Shown here piece after piece: positions 32,786 through 42,479 of a DNA stretch of 64,000 nucleotides (position 1 is its first letter; the number at the start of each line of letters is the position of its first letter). Position numbers and translations under genes: made by a program. The DNA comes from Trypanosoma brucei (Eukaryota), in contig CM000208.1 in assembly GCA_000002445.1 (NCBI GenBank), positions 2,304,001-2,368,000 of the forward strand. Reading direction: 5' to 3'. The notes beneath the pieces were generated by a model. The model searched no databases. It worked only from the letters and a program-made list of their open reading frames with translations, and was not told the origin of the DNA.

Positions 32786-33811
32786 ATGAGTGGAAACTCA
32801 CAAACTGCTAGAGCCCTTACGCGGGCTGCATCGGCTGATGGGTTTAATCCATCCAATACGGGCGCGTTTTCCCCCGATGTTGAGGATTTTGAAGCACTTG
32901 AAACTCAAGCCCGCGCAGCACTGGAGGATTTGGCAGCGAATGGAAGTCGCAATGAGGCCTTAACGGTGGAGTACATGTGCATTTTAAGAACGTATCGACA
33001 GGCCTGTGAAAGGCGTGCGCAATATGTTGAAGCAGACCTCGTGCAGCGGGTGTTGCGGTACATGCGGTTAGATGAGGAGACGCGCCACGTGTGTGGTTTG
33101 ACGGAGCTTCAAAGGCAGGAGCGGGATGCCATTGAAACTTTACACCGTGAAGAGGTTCAGGAGTTTCACCATGCGTGGAACATGCGAATAGATGAATTGG
33201 AGGAAGAGCAACTGCGGTTGGAAACAGCGCTTATTGAGCGCCAAAATGCAGAGCTGCAGTCCTTCTATGAGGAGGTCAACAGTTTAAACCCGCACGCAGC
33301 AAAGTGTAGCAGGGGGTTGTTGTACGCGCGCGCAGTAGAGCACATTCTCGCGTCCCAGCGGGAATACGTACGCGCCCACAAGAAAAAAAAAGAAGCCGAT
33401 ACTATCGAGGCAAGAGATGCCGAGAGGTTTGTCCAGGCGAAGGTGGAACTGCTTGAGCGACGTGAGGCGATGATGCGGCAGAAGCATGAACAAGAACGAC
33501 ACGTGCTTGAGGTAAAAGCTAAAAGGCGCAGAGCGGAGATGGAGGCGGCCCGAAAGAGGGAACTTTACATCTTGCTGAGGCGGTATTTGAATGCACAGCG
33601 TGAGTTGGAACTTCACCAGAACATTGTTCGGAGTAAAACGGGAACTATTCTTCTGAAACACGCCAGCAACACCAAGGGAAATACGAGCGGAACTGCTGTG
33701 CTGGTGGAGAGCGCAGAGTCCGGCGCATTTGGGATAAGGGCAAGGAAGCAACATTTAGACAATTTAGTCGATTCGTGCACATTACCAAAAATTGGGACAA
33801 AGCCGAAGTAA
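32786..33811 (+). CDS. Hypothetical coiled-coil protein (341 aa, E/R/Q/L-rich).
   Basis: Heptad-like charged composition (EEEQLRLETALIERQNAELQSFYEE..., AKRRRAEMEAARKRELYILLRRYLNAQRELE). It is a + strand ORF with pyrimidine-rich DNA upstream. Confidence 0.55.
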   Translation: MSGNSQTARALTRAASADGFNPSNTGAFSPDVEDFEALETQARAALEDLAANGSRNEALTVEYMCILRTYRQACERRAQYVEADLVQRVLRYMRLDEETRHVCGLTELQRQERDAIETLHREEVQEFHHAWNMRIDELEEEQLRLETALIERQNAELQSFYEEVNSLNPHAAKCSRGLLYARAVEHILASQREYVRAHKKKKEADTIEARDAERFVQAKVELLERREAMMRQKHEQERHVLEVKAKRRRAEMEAARKRELYILLRRYLNAQRELELHQNIVRSKTGTILLKHASNTKGNTSGTAVLVESAESGAFGIRARKQHLDNLVDSCTLPKIGTKPK

Positions 33812-35128
33812 ATGTAAATTCAGGCTCTGAGATGGTTTCTGGCGTACAATCCGGGACGGGGATGGAGTAATGATGGAAGGAAGAAATATAAGGAAGTGTG
33901 AAGAGAGGAAAAAGAAATTTGAAGTGATGGTGCGAACTTCCGCTAGGTGTTCAGGGCCGTTGACAAGGCTGTATATACTTCTGTTTAAAAGAGGAAACAA
34001 AAAGCCCGAAACATTTTATACTAGAGGGCCATCAAACTAAGCAGGTTGGGAAATCTGTGCTGCTCGGGCGTGTGTAACAGTGCTCAAGAATATCCCACCG
34101 TATCATGTAAATTAAGCACAAAAGCCTTCTTCTTTTGTTCGTGTCAATTTGTTCATTTTTGCTCGTCGGAGGCCTAGTCGATAATACGTACTTGCAAACA
34201 ATCGTGTGTACCTTCTCCCTTCCACATCACCAACACCACGTCCCAGCACTTTAAGAGCCTTTAAAAAAATAAAACAAAAATAGGTGAAATAAGGGTTGGA
34301 CCGCTGGTGGGGGAACATGCGAGTAGAAGGTCTGATTCGGTAACGTATGTGTGTATGTGTTTATGTTTTTTCTTTTCTTCTTTTTTTTTCTTGGTGGAGG
34401 AGGTGCGGTGTTGAGAGTGTTTTTCTTTGGGCAGTTGTTTAGGTATCAGACACAGGGACAGATAGAGCCCACCAAGGCGTCGCATTCTATTTCTTTCCTT
34501 GTGTATTTTCTTCTATGTCGTTACTATCTTGATGTATTTTTCTTTCACGGCAGGACTCCGCGAGAGGTTGATACCGTGTTGTTTTGGCCCATGCAAGAGC
34601 AAGTGGCCATGGATGGACCAATGGTTGGTTCCTGAAGTCTGTATCATATCCAGTACACTTGTTTTTTCTTTTGGTGCCTCTCCCGCCCTTTTGTTCCTTT
34701 GTTTCACTGTTATTGTTCCTCATGCGGGAAAATCAAGTAACTTTGTGGTGTCTGCTCGATGTTGTAACTGATGATTTGCTGCCGCCTCTTCTTTTTTTTC
34801 TTTGTTTGTCCCACGGTTACTTAGTACCCTCCCCGTATCTTCTTCCCGTTTTCACAATTTTTGTCACTCTACTGTTTGTGGGCGTGTTTGTGTTTGGGTT
34901 ATTCACACGTAGGGGAAAGGGCTCCCGAAGGAAGGGTGCATCCAAACGGTGAATTAAAAGCAGAAGGGAAAGATTTATACTCCTTACTTTTTTGTCGATT
35001 TCCGAGGGCTAACAGCGAATACATTTTTGACACATACCCTTTTTTTCTAGAGGACGGGTATTATATCTTGTGAAGGGTGCGAACACCGCCTCCGCACTCC
35101 GTTTCCTCTCTGCCATTACCTCAATATA

Positions 35129-38100
35129 ATGTTGAGCACCCTTTTCTTCGATGGTGCTGACGCTACCAGTGCACTTCACGTACGCACAACTCTTGAAGAT
35201 CGCTTGGGTGATGCACCTGCACGTACCGCAGCTGACAATGTTGTTTCATATCAGGCGATGGATTTCCCCAGTAGCGGGTCGATTCCGGTTCCATCACTGC
35301 GCGCCACACTTTTGTGGTGGTTGGATCGTGATGAGCCGCTGGTTCACATATTGCTAACGGGAAGCACAGTCGGAGATATGAGTTATTCTTCCCGTAAACT
35401 GTCAGTGGAGCTGGTATCACCGCGGCACACTATTATTGCCTGTGGTGTTACACACGTGCGAGATCAGGCGGTGTTTGCCGTGTCGTGGGTAACTTCTCTT
35501 CTCGAAGCAGGGGCTTTGCAAATTCAGCTGCAAAGGAGTAGTGATCATCACAGCCAATTGCTTATTGTTCCGGATGAACAAGCAGTACTAACATCGCGCT
35601 TCTCGGGTGTGGCGGCGGCGTTTGAGTATGATGCGTCAGTGGTTCAGGCGAAGTCAAATGGCAATGGAGGTAACGTCGATGACGAAGAGGGAAACGGGTC
35701 AGAACCCACATTGTGTGCCTCGGTTATTGCGAGCCTGCCGCAGGCCGCCGCCGCCGATGGGCTGCTTTCTGTCATTCTGTTAAGTAACGGCTGCAGGTTG
35801 TGGCGTGTGGAAATAGCCAGTGATGGTACCTTTGTTGAGCATGAGTTCAAAGATGCAAGTGGAACTAGTGATAGCGATGGGGAGTTTTTAGGCGGCAGTT
35901 TACTTCCGTCATGGCTCCTCACGTGGTCGCAAGATCATAGGGAAAAGAGCCACCGGCGGTACATCGCCGTGAGTTCCGTGCAGCTGACCCACTACTTTGC
36001 CATTCTTCGCTCTAATGGCTCAATAGGATTGTACGATGACTCCCTGTCCACCATTTCATCAGCGTCAGAGTGTGCCCTAACAAAGGATGAGATGGTTTTT
36101 AGTCACGCACTTCAGTGGTCCGCGCTTATCGGTAATGACGTGCATGTTGTCACCAGTTTTGGTAGGAAGGAAATTCGGCAGTGCTTGTGGGCTCGGATAC
36201 CCATCGCATCAACAAGCGGTGATGATCCCAAAACAGTCAAAATGACGATCCTCCCACCTTCGTCCACGAGCACCCTTTTGGGGTGTGTTGCCATAAACCC
36301 AACACGTCTTTCCCTTTTGTGGGGTATTGGGGCAGAGGAGGATGCATGTATTCGTTGTTCGCTTTCTGTTGGTTCACTCATGCATGCCAATGAGCAGGGC
36401 TTGTCAGGCATATTGCAAATCATTGATGCAGAGGAGGAGTTGGATGCAGATGGCGGTTCCATCAGTGGTTCTTGTGCTTATTCTTCACTCAGGGAGGCCC
36501 AGACTTTCTTCTGTCATTCTAAACCGCTGCATGCGCTTACGGCTGTGGGAGAAGAAATGGTACTGGTAGAAAAGGTTGATGAGAGCGTACGAGCTCATGT
36601 ACTCACCAGTGATATGAGTCCGCTCGAGGAGATGCTGGAATCTGCCTTTGCCGTTACGAGGCCGGTTGCGGCGACGACGCACTGCACACTACCACTTGCA
36701 TCCCTTCATCTGATTCCTACGGTGGTTAGAGAAAGCGGATGTGCGACGGCGGGAAAGCTTGAAGCATTTTATGAGGGCATAGAACTGGCTGCCTCATGTG
36801 CAGAGGCCGCGGATCACCTTTCGGCCCTTTTGATCAATGCAGTGCATTGTGTTCCAGTCGCATCCACCCTGGGTGGCTTTCAATTACTGCGCAGTGCCGC
36901 ACATTTACAGGGGTATACGCCCTCCGGATTTGTAAACGAGGACGCTATCAAGGCCGCCATCGAACACGCAACTATGTTTTTTGACGTTTCCACAAGGAAG
37001 GCATCGTTCTGTAGCTACTCGAGACACTTTATTCAACATACCATCGCACGGGATCTCTTGTTGCGCGTTGCTTACCTTACATGCTCTTTTATTGGTTGGA
37101 TGGGGTCGGACCCTGATTACCGAACGAGTCCTGAGATTGCCCGCGTCCGCGCTACTCTTGAACTTTTGTCCGCTGCGTACCATTCCGTAAGCGTCACAGG
37201 CCCTTCAACAGCAACCATCGTACCTGAAGTGCGTAAAACGGTCGTTGACGATGCCATTAGGTTGTTTTTACAATTTACGGTGGGCGAGGAAGCGGAGGGA
37301 AACGATGTGCTTTTTGCCGTCCGGGTGGCAAACAGGCTAAGGGCCTGCAATGAAGCTCGCGGTCCAAAAGCTTGTGCAACTTGGTGCAATCTACTTAGTC
37401 GTCGTTATCCGTGCTTGCAACACTTCCGAATTATTCGCTGCATCGAGGTAGGCCGGACGTCATGTCCCTCACAACTAGCTGCTATGTGCCTGGCGACCAC
37501 CTTTCACTTGGTGAACTGTCCTGTGCCAGTTGCCAAAGCGTTGTTGCTCGACTGTGGGTTGGCCATATACAACGACAGCACATTTCAAACTGCCTTCAAC
37601 GGTATAGACGTCAGAGAGTGGTGGGCGCTGCTAGACGATAGCGGTGACTCCAACGATGGAAAAATAAGTGCCGTCATCGCCTCTGTGTACCGTGTGGCGC
37701 TCCTTCGCTGCATTGTGCACCCCGGTACTTCACACCATGCGAGCGCTAGTGCATCGCTAGTTCGTGAGCTGTTTCTTGCGGAACTGATTCAACTCGGACA
37801 GCACCTTCAAGAGTCACGTCTTGACTGTCCTGGGATCCTTCGGGCACTCACAGAACTCCGCGTAGATACGCACATGTTTCTCGCGAGAGCGGCTCTCGAC
37901 GATCCCAACTTTGGGGATGCGTTCCGGTCGATTGCAGATGTGCAGCAGATCGCGGTGGGTCCTGATATAAAGACTGTGTGCATGGAGAAGATTGGGCTTT
38001 TGATTGGTGAGGTAGTCGAGATTGCGTCTTCATCCGATGAACTTACCGACTGCCTTGTCGACGTCACGCACTGTAGTGCTGAACTAGACACTCTTCTCAC

Positions 38101-39349
38101 GTCCAAGTGGTACTCGTTTATTGCACGACTAGCTGTCAGAAGCGGTTCAACAGAGGCAGAACAACTGCGATGGCGCGCAGCAATTGGCCTGTACCGTTAC
38201 CTTTGCAAGCGTCACGCATACGGGCAAGCCGGCCGGATGATGACAGACCTTACCACAGCCATACGTTGCTCATCGCTTCGTGCGAACGTTGTTGAAACAG
38301 TGGTGGAACTCACTTCACTGGCTGTGACCGCGGTGGAACTCATCTCTCCAATAGCTCCACTTCAGGTACAAGACAGCGAACCCTTGGATGGTGCTCAGGA
38401 ATCTTCCACATTTAGTGCGTGCAGTGGTACAGGGTGCTTTTTTACACCAGAGTACGCAGCTGTGAGGGAGCCGTTGGGTCGTGAGCACCTTCCATGGGTG
38501 CGGCGTCGCCATTATCAGGCATATTGTGAACAGCAACTCCTGAAGGCGAATCGACGTGTGGACTGCACGGATTTGTGGGTAGAAAATCCGCCACCAGCGG
38601 CGTACGCCGCTGCATTGAGACGCTTCGTGGAGGCACTCATGGAGGCGCGGCTATGGACTGAGGCTTTGCGGTTTGCAGCTATGGCAGGGGCTGATGTTGG
38701 TTTGGTGCTTCAAAATCACGCGCTGGACCTTATGAAACATACAAATTACACCTGCGACGAGGAGGCTCTTGAGGAGTGGGTTATGTTAGTGGCAAGTTGT
38801 GAAGAATTTTCCACACTTTCTAACAAGTATTCACCATTGCGTTCAACTGTTGTCACAGCACTTCTATGTGACTGCGAAAAGGTGTGCCCTGCGCTCCTAG
38901 ATTCTCTCCTAAAGGCCGACCGCTATGAAGCGCTACAAGCGCTTCTTGAGGTATTTGAAACGCTGCTTCGCAGAAATTCCTTCTCCGAAGGAGACGATAT
39001 GACCGACGGAGAGGACCGTAACCACGACTCCTTGACATCTGCCGCATGCAATGAGGAGGAAGGTGATGATAAAAGTGACGGTGCGTACAAACCATGGATG
39101 TTGCTGCTGAAGGCCCTTCAAATCGGTACCGCCGTTCTCATGGACTCGCTCTCGAATGAAGAAAAGTTTGAGCTAAACGAAGCACCGATGACGGCTGGTG
39201 TCTTTGATCCTATGGTGCGGAGGGCGAGTGAACTACTGAACTCACCGTTGTTGCTTCAACACCCTTCTCTTGTGAAAGCGGAGGGTACAGCAACGAACTT
39301 TTTGAAATTTGTTGGGTTGGTGAAGCAGAAGAAGTTAGCAGGGCTATAG
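35129..39349 (+). CDS. Large hypothetical protein (1406 aa) with no domain I can recognise. The C-terminal half looks alpha-helical/solenoid-like.
   Basis: A 4.2-kb uninterrupted + strand ORF. Composition and codon usage are consistent with neighbouring genes. Confidence 0.7.
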   Translation: MLSTLFFDGADATSALHVRTTLEDRLGDAPARTAADNVVSYQAMDFPSSGSIPVPSLRATLLWWLDRDEPLVHILLTGSTVGDMSYSSRKLSVELVSPRHTIIACGVTHVRDQAVFAVSWVTSLLEAGALQIQLQRSSDHHSQLLIVPDEQAVLTSRFSGVAAAFEYDASVVQAKSNGNGGNVDDEEGNGSEPTLCASVIASLPQAAAADGLLSVILLSNGCRLWRVEIASDGTFVEHEFKDASGTSDSDGEFLGGSLLPSWLLTWSQDHREKSHRRYIAVSSVQLTHYFAILRSNGSIGLYDDSLSTISSASECALTKDEMVFSHALQWSALIGNDVHVVTSFGRKEIRQCLWARIPIASTSGDDPKTVKMTILPPSSTSTLLGCVAINPTRLSLLWGIGAEEDACIRCSLSVGSLMHANEQGLSGILQIIDAEEELDADGGSISGSCAYSSLREAQTFFCHSKPLHALTAVGEEMVLVEKVDESVRAHVLTSDMSPLEEMLESAFAVTRPVAATTHCTLPLASLHLIPTVVRESGCATAGKLEAFYEGIELAASCAEAADHLSALLINAVHCVPVASTLGGFQLLRSAAHLQGYTPSGFVNEDAIKAAIEHATMFFDVSTRKASFCSYSRHFIQHTIARDLLLRVAYLTCSFIGWMGSDPDYRTSPEIARVRATLELLSAAYHSVSVTGPSTATIVPEVRKTVVDDAIRLFLQFTVGEEAEGNDVLFAVRVANRLRACNEARGPKACATWCNLLSRRYPCLQHFRIIRCIEVGRTSCPSQLAAMCLATTFHLVNCPVPVAKALLLDCGLAIYNDSTFQTAFNGIDVREWWALLDDSGDSNDGKISAVIASVYRVALLRCIVHPGTSHHASASASLVRELFLAELIQLGQHLQESRLDCPGILRALTELRVDTHMFLARAALDDPNFGDAFRSIADVQQIAVGPDIKTVCMEKIGLLIGEVVEIASSSDELTDCLVDVTHCSAELDTLLTSKWYSFIARLAVRSGSTEAEQLRWRAAIGLYRYLCKRHAYGQAGRMMTDLTTAIRCSSLRANVVETVVELTSLAVTAVELISPIAPLQVQDSEPLDGAQESSTFSACSGTGCFFTPEYAAVREPLGREHLPWVRRRHYQAYCEQQLLKANRRVDCTDLWVENPPPAAYAAALRRFVEALMEARLWTEALRFAAMAGADVGLVLQNHALDLMKHTNYTCDEEALEEWVMLVASCEEFSTLSNKYSPLRSTVVTALLCDCEKVCPALLDSLLKADRYEALQALLEVFETLLRRNSFSEGDDMTDGEDRNHDSLTSAACNEEEGDDKSDGAYKPWMLLLKALQIGTAVLMDSLSNEEKFELNEAPMTAGVFDPMVRRASELLNSPLLLQHPSLVKAEGTATNFLKFVGLVKQKKLAGL

Positions 39350-39818
39350 TTGCTCCCGAATAAGGAAAGGCCAGGTAGTGTGCGTCAAAATAGAGGAGTA
39401 ATTCTAAGGTAGGAGAAGAAGTGAAGCAAAAGTTGAAAACTTATATATATTATATTTTTCCTGGGGTGGCAACAAGAGTTGAGTCCAAGACATTTTTTGT
39501 CACCACAACTCTATCTGCGAACCATTTTGTTGGTTGGTTGTGGCGGCGGATCGTGAAGTTGCCAATGGGGGCGACAAAATTATCAAAAAAAGGCAATGAA
39601 AGGGGGATGTCACTCAAGCCCACCAAGGGGAGGGGAGGTGGTGAACGAATGGTTGGTAATCTCTTAAAAGGGAAACACTTTTTTTTGCCGCCGCGGCGTG
39701 CGGTTGAACTCTTGTGTGCGTGTGTGAAGGGGAGCCATGCCATTTTTCGCTACGTACACGCAGCTCTGTACTTAATTCTCACTTTTACCCTCGTAGGTGG
39801 ACACCTTAGGAGCACACC

Positions 39819-42149
39819 ATGAAGCGGAACCGTAACCACAACGACCAAATGGGTCCAGCGGCTGCAGCGTTGCGCCGCCGCTCTGTTTTTCGTGATGCTC
39901 GCGCTTCTTCTACACAGTTGACTGATGCCCAGTTAATCGCAGGGGCGCTAGAGATGCAGCGTAGCATTGGCCCCTCGAACACAAGTACAACTGTTGTTAT
40001 CAACAGCCCAGAGGAACTTGCTCTTTACAGACAAAAAACGCGTGCTGAACTGGAGGAGCGGGTGAAACGCGGCTACACATTCCTTGGAAATTGGGTGAAG
40101 TATGCGAGGTGGGAGGCACAACAGAAAGACTACGAGCGCATGCGCAGCATACTGGAACGCGCCGTCAAGTTTCATGGCGCAAATCCCGTTCTCTGGCGCG
40201 ATTATGCTGAGTTGGAGGAGGAGGGTGGTTTTATAAATCATGCACGAGCGGTGTGGGAGCGTGGTGTCACTGCACTACCATCCGCGACAGACCTCTGGCT
40301 AAAATATATTGTGCTCGAACAGGCAGCAGGGCAGGACGGTAAGGTGCGCGACTTATTTAACCGTTGGGTGTCAGGGCCGACGCCACCTGCGTGCGCATGG
40401 GAGTTATTTGCGCTGTTCGAGGCGCAACAGCGTCGCGCTGAAAACTGTCGGGATATTTTGCGGCGGTATGTGGAGGCTCACGGCACTGTGGAGTGTTGGA
40501 TTTTCTATGGTAGTGCCGAGTTGAATGTGCTGAAGAATGCGGACCGTGCCGCCATGGTTTACGCTTGTGCGATGGAATCGTTGCCTAACGAATATATAAA
40601 TGGTGAGAAAGATTGTCGAATACCGCTTGCGTGGGCTGACGCCCTTGCCGCCGCACTGAAATTTGATGAAGCACGCGAACTATATCATCGTCTTTTGAAG
40701 GAGTGTACATCTGTGAAGGCACTGGACGCCATTTTCACGGCTTACAAGCGCTTTGAACGACTATACGGAAGTGCTGAGAACCATGAGACTATGACCTCAG
40801 TCATCGCCAGAGCAATGTACCAGCATCGCATCGCCCACAACCCTCGTGATTTTGATGCTTACGTTGCGCAGTTTCTACTTTTTCGTGATGCGACCCAAGG
40901 AGATAATGCAAGTGTGTGTGCGGGCCATGCTGTTAATGTGGGCAGTAAGGGAGGAGCGTGGGAGGAGGCACTCCAGTGTTTAACGGCTGCTGCTGGGATC
41001 CGTATTGATGGGGAGAAAGATGCTGTGTTGGCGCAACACCACGCTGTTGTGGTGATGGCATATGCGCGTTTGGTGGAGGAGCGTGGTGATGTGGCCGCTG
41101 CACGCTCAGCATTAGCGAAGTGCATCCGCCATTTCCCCTTTAAGACGGCATGTTGCCCACGACTCTGGATAGAGGCTGCAGCGCTTGAAGAGCGACATGG
41201 TGAGTTTGTTCAAGCACAAAAACTTCTCGCTGCGTCACTTAATATCTCACCCTGCCCCGAAGTATTCGATGCTGCGCTTCGCTTGGAGTCTAATGCTTGC
41301 GCAGCTGGTGAAGTTAGCGCAGAAAGTTGCGTTCAGCGCAGTCGTGCCATCTATGAGAGTGCGATTAAGCAGTTCCCACAAAATTTCGCCTTGTGGGAGG
41401 GCTACGCGAAGTTGGAGGAGAAAGAACGACAATTTCACCGCTCTGACGCCCTGCGTGCTGCATGCATACGTTCCTTCTCCGCAGTTGCGCGGTCGGTGGT
41501 CTCGTTGTCTGAGCGTTATGAAGTACTGGAGAAGGTGGACCAAGCTTGGGCGCGCCGCCTCGCTCTGAAGCGACGTCTCCTTCGCTCTGCCCGCAAGAAA
41601 ACGTGTGGAGGGCTCTCGGAGAGTGCTGAGGTGGAGGAACTTAACTTTTCCCTTCGTCAGCTATACCAAGAGCTGTTGGATTCCGTGTGGGATGAATACA
41701 TATATGAAGCATTACGTTGGAGGGGTAAAAATGCCTCAACAGTTGGGGTTCTCTCCCCGCCCCCATTGCGGCTGCCGGAGGTTCTTACACCGGCGACGGC
41801 CAGATGGGCAGAGGCCGTTAGTGCGGTGACAAATTTTGTTGTCTCGTCGACGACGGCTGATGGTCGACCGGAGGACTCGTCTGTGGAGTGGATGCGCACA
41901 ACATTCCGTAAGCGGCTTGAGAGGTACCGCCCCAAGTTGCTGCAAGAGTTTGGGGGGCTGGACAATAACGCCAGTTTTGAGGCGATACAACAGTCGAAGC
42001 GGTGGGTAGAATTCCTTCTGTCTCCGAACGGAACGGAGTGGCGGCGGTTTGAAGCAGCTCATGGGACATCTGATACGTTGGAAGCGGCGAAGGAATGCAC
42101 GCAACCAACTGCACGTCGCACGCGGTTGTTTGTGAAGAAAAAGGCATGA
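39819..42149 (+). CDS. HAT (half-a-TPR) repeat pre-mRNA splicing factor, crooked-neck-like (CRN/Clf1/Syf3 family).
   Basis: The N-terminal region aligns by eye to Clf1/CRN. WVKYARWEAQQKDYERMRSILERAV matches WIKYAQWEE..ARSIYERAL. NHARAVWERGVTALP matches NHARNIWDRAITTLP. There are repeated W..Y...E and F..ARE.Y.R HAT units. Confidence 0.8.
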   Translation: MKRNRNHNDQMGPAAAALRRRSVFRDARASSTQLTDAQLIAGALEMQRSIGPSNTSTTVVINSPEELALYRQKTRAELEERVKRGYTFLGNWVKYARWEAQQKDYERMRSILERAVKFHGANPVLWRDYAELEEEGGFINHARAVWERGVTALPSATDLWLKYIVLEQAAGQDGKVRDLFNRWVSGPTPPACAWELFALFEAQQRRAENCRDILRRYVEAHGTVECWIFYGSAELNVLKNADRAAMVYACAMESLPNEYINGEKDCRIPLAWADALAAALKFDEARELYHRLLKECTSVKALDAIFTAYKRFERLYGSAENHETMTSVIARAMYQHRIAHNPRDFDAYVAQFLLFRDATQGDNASVCAGHAVNVGSKGGAWEEALQCLTAAAGIRIDGEKDAVLAQHHAVVVMAYARLVEERGDVAAARSALAKCIRHFPFKTACCPRLWIEAAALEERHGEFVQAQKLLAASLNISPCPEVFDAALRLESNACAAGEVSAESCVQRSRAIYESAIKQFPQNFALWEGYAKLEEKERQFHRSDALRAACIRSFSAVARSVVSLSERYEVLEKVDQAWARRLALKRRLLRSARKKTCGGLSESAEVEELNFSLRQLYQELLDSVWDEYIYEALRWRGKNASTVGVLSPPPLRLPEVLTPATARWAEAVSAVTNFVVSSTTADGRPEDSSVEWMRTTFRKRLERYRPKLLQEFGGLDNNASFEAIQQSKRWVEFLLSPNGTEWRRFEAAHGTSDTLEAAKECTQPTARRTRLFVKKKA

Positions 42150-42479
42150 AGAAGCAGGGTTAGTGAATGCACGAGGCTGAGGAGAGGTGTGGTAGTATCA
42201 GAGAGTGTGGAAGCTGTAAATTGCTGTCACTTGCCAAACAGAAAGGCCCGTTTATTGTATATCATTGTAATTCTCTATTGGTCGCTCCTGCCTCTCGTGT
42301 TTCTATTTTACATGCATCTTCTTCTTTGTCTCATGCGATCATAAGAGCTTTTCACCTTGCAGCGACAAGCCGCCTAAACGCTTTTTGATGCTATTCGGGG
42401 ACCCTAAGAAGTATCGTGCCTTCACACCGATTCTTCAACTTCTCGTAGGGCGTGTTTCACTCCAGATCGCCTTAAACTC

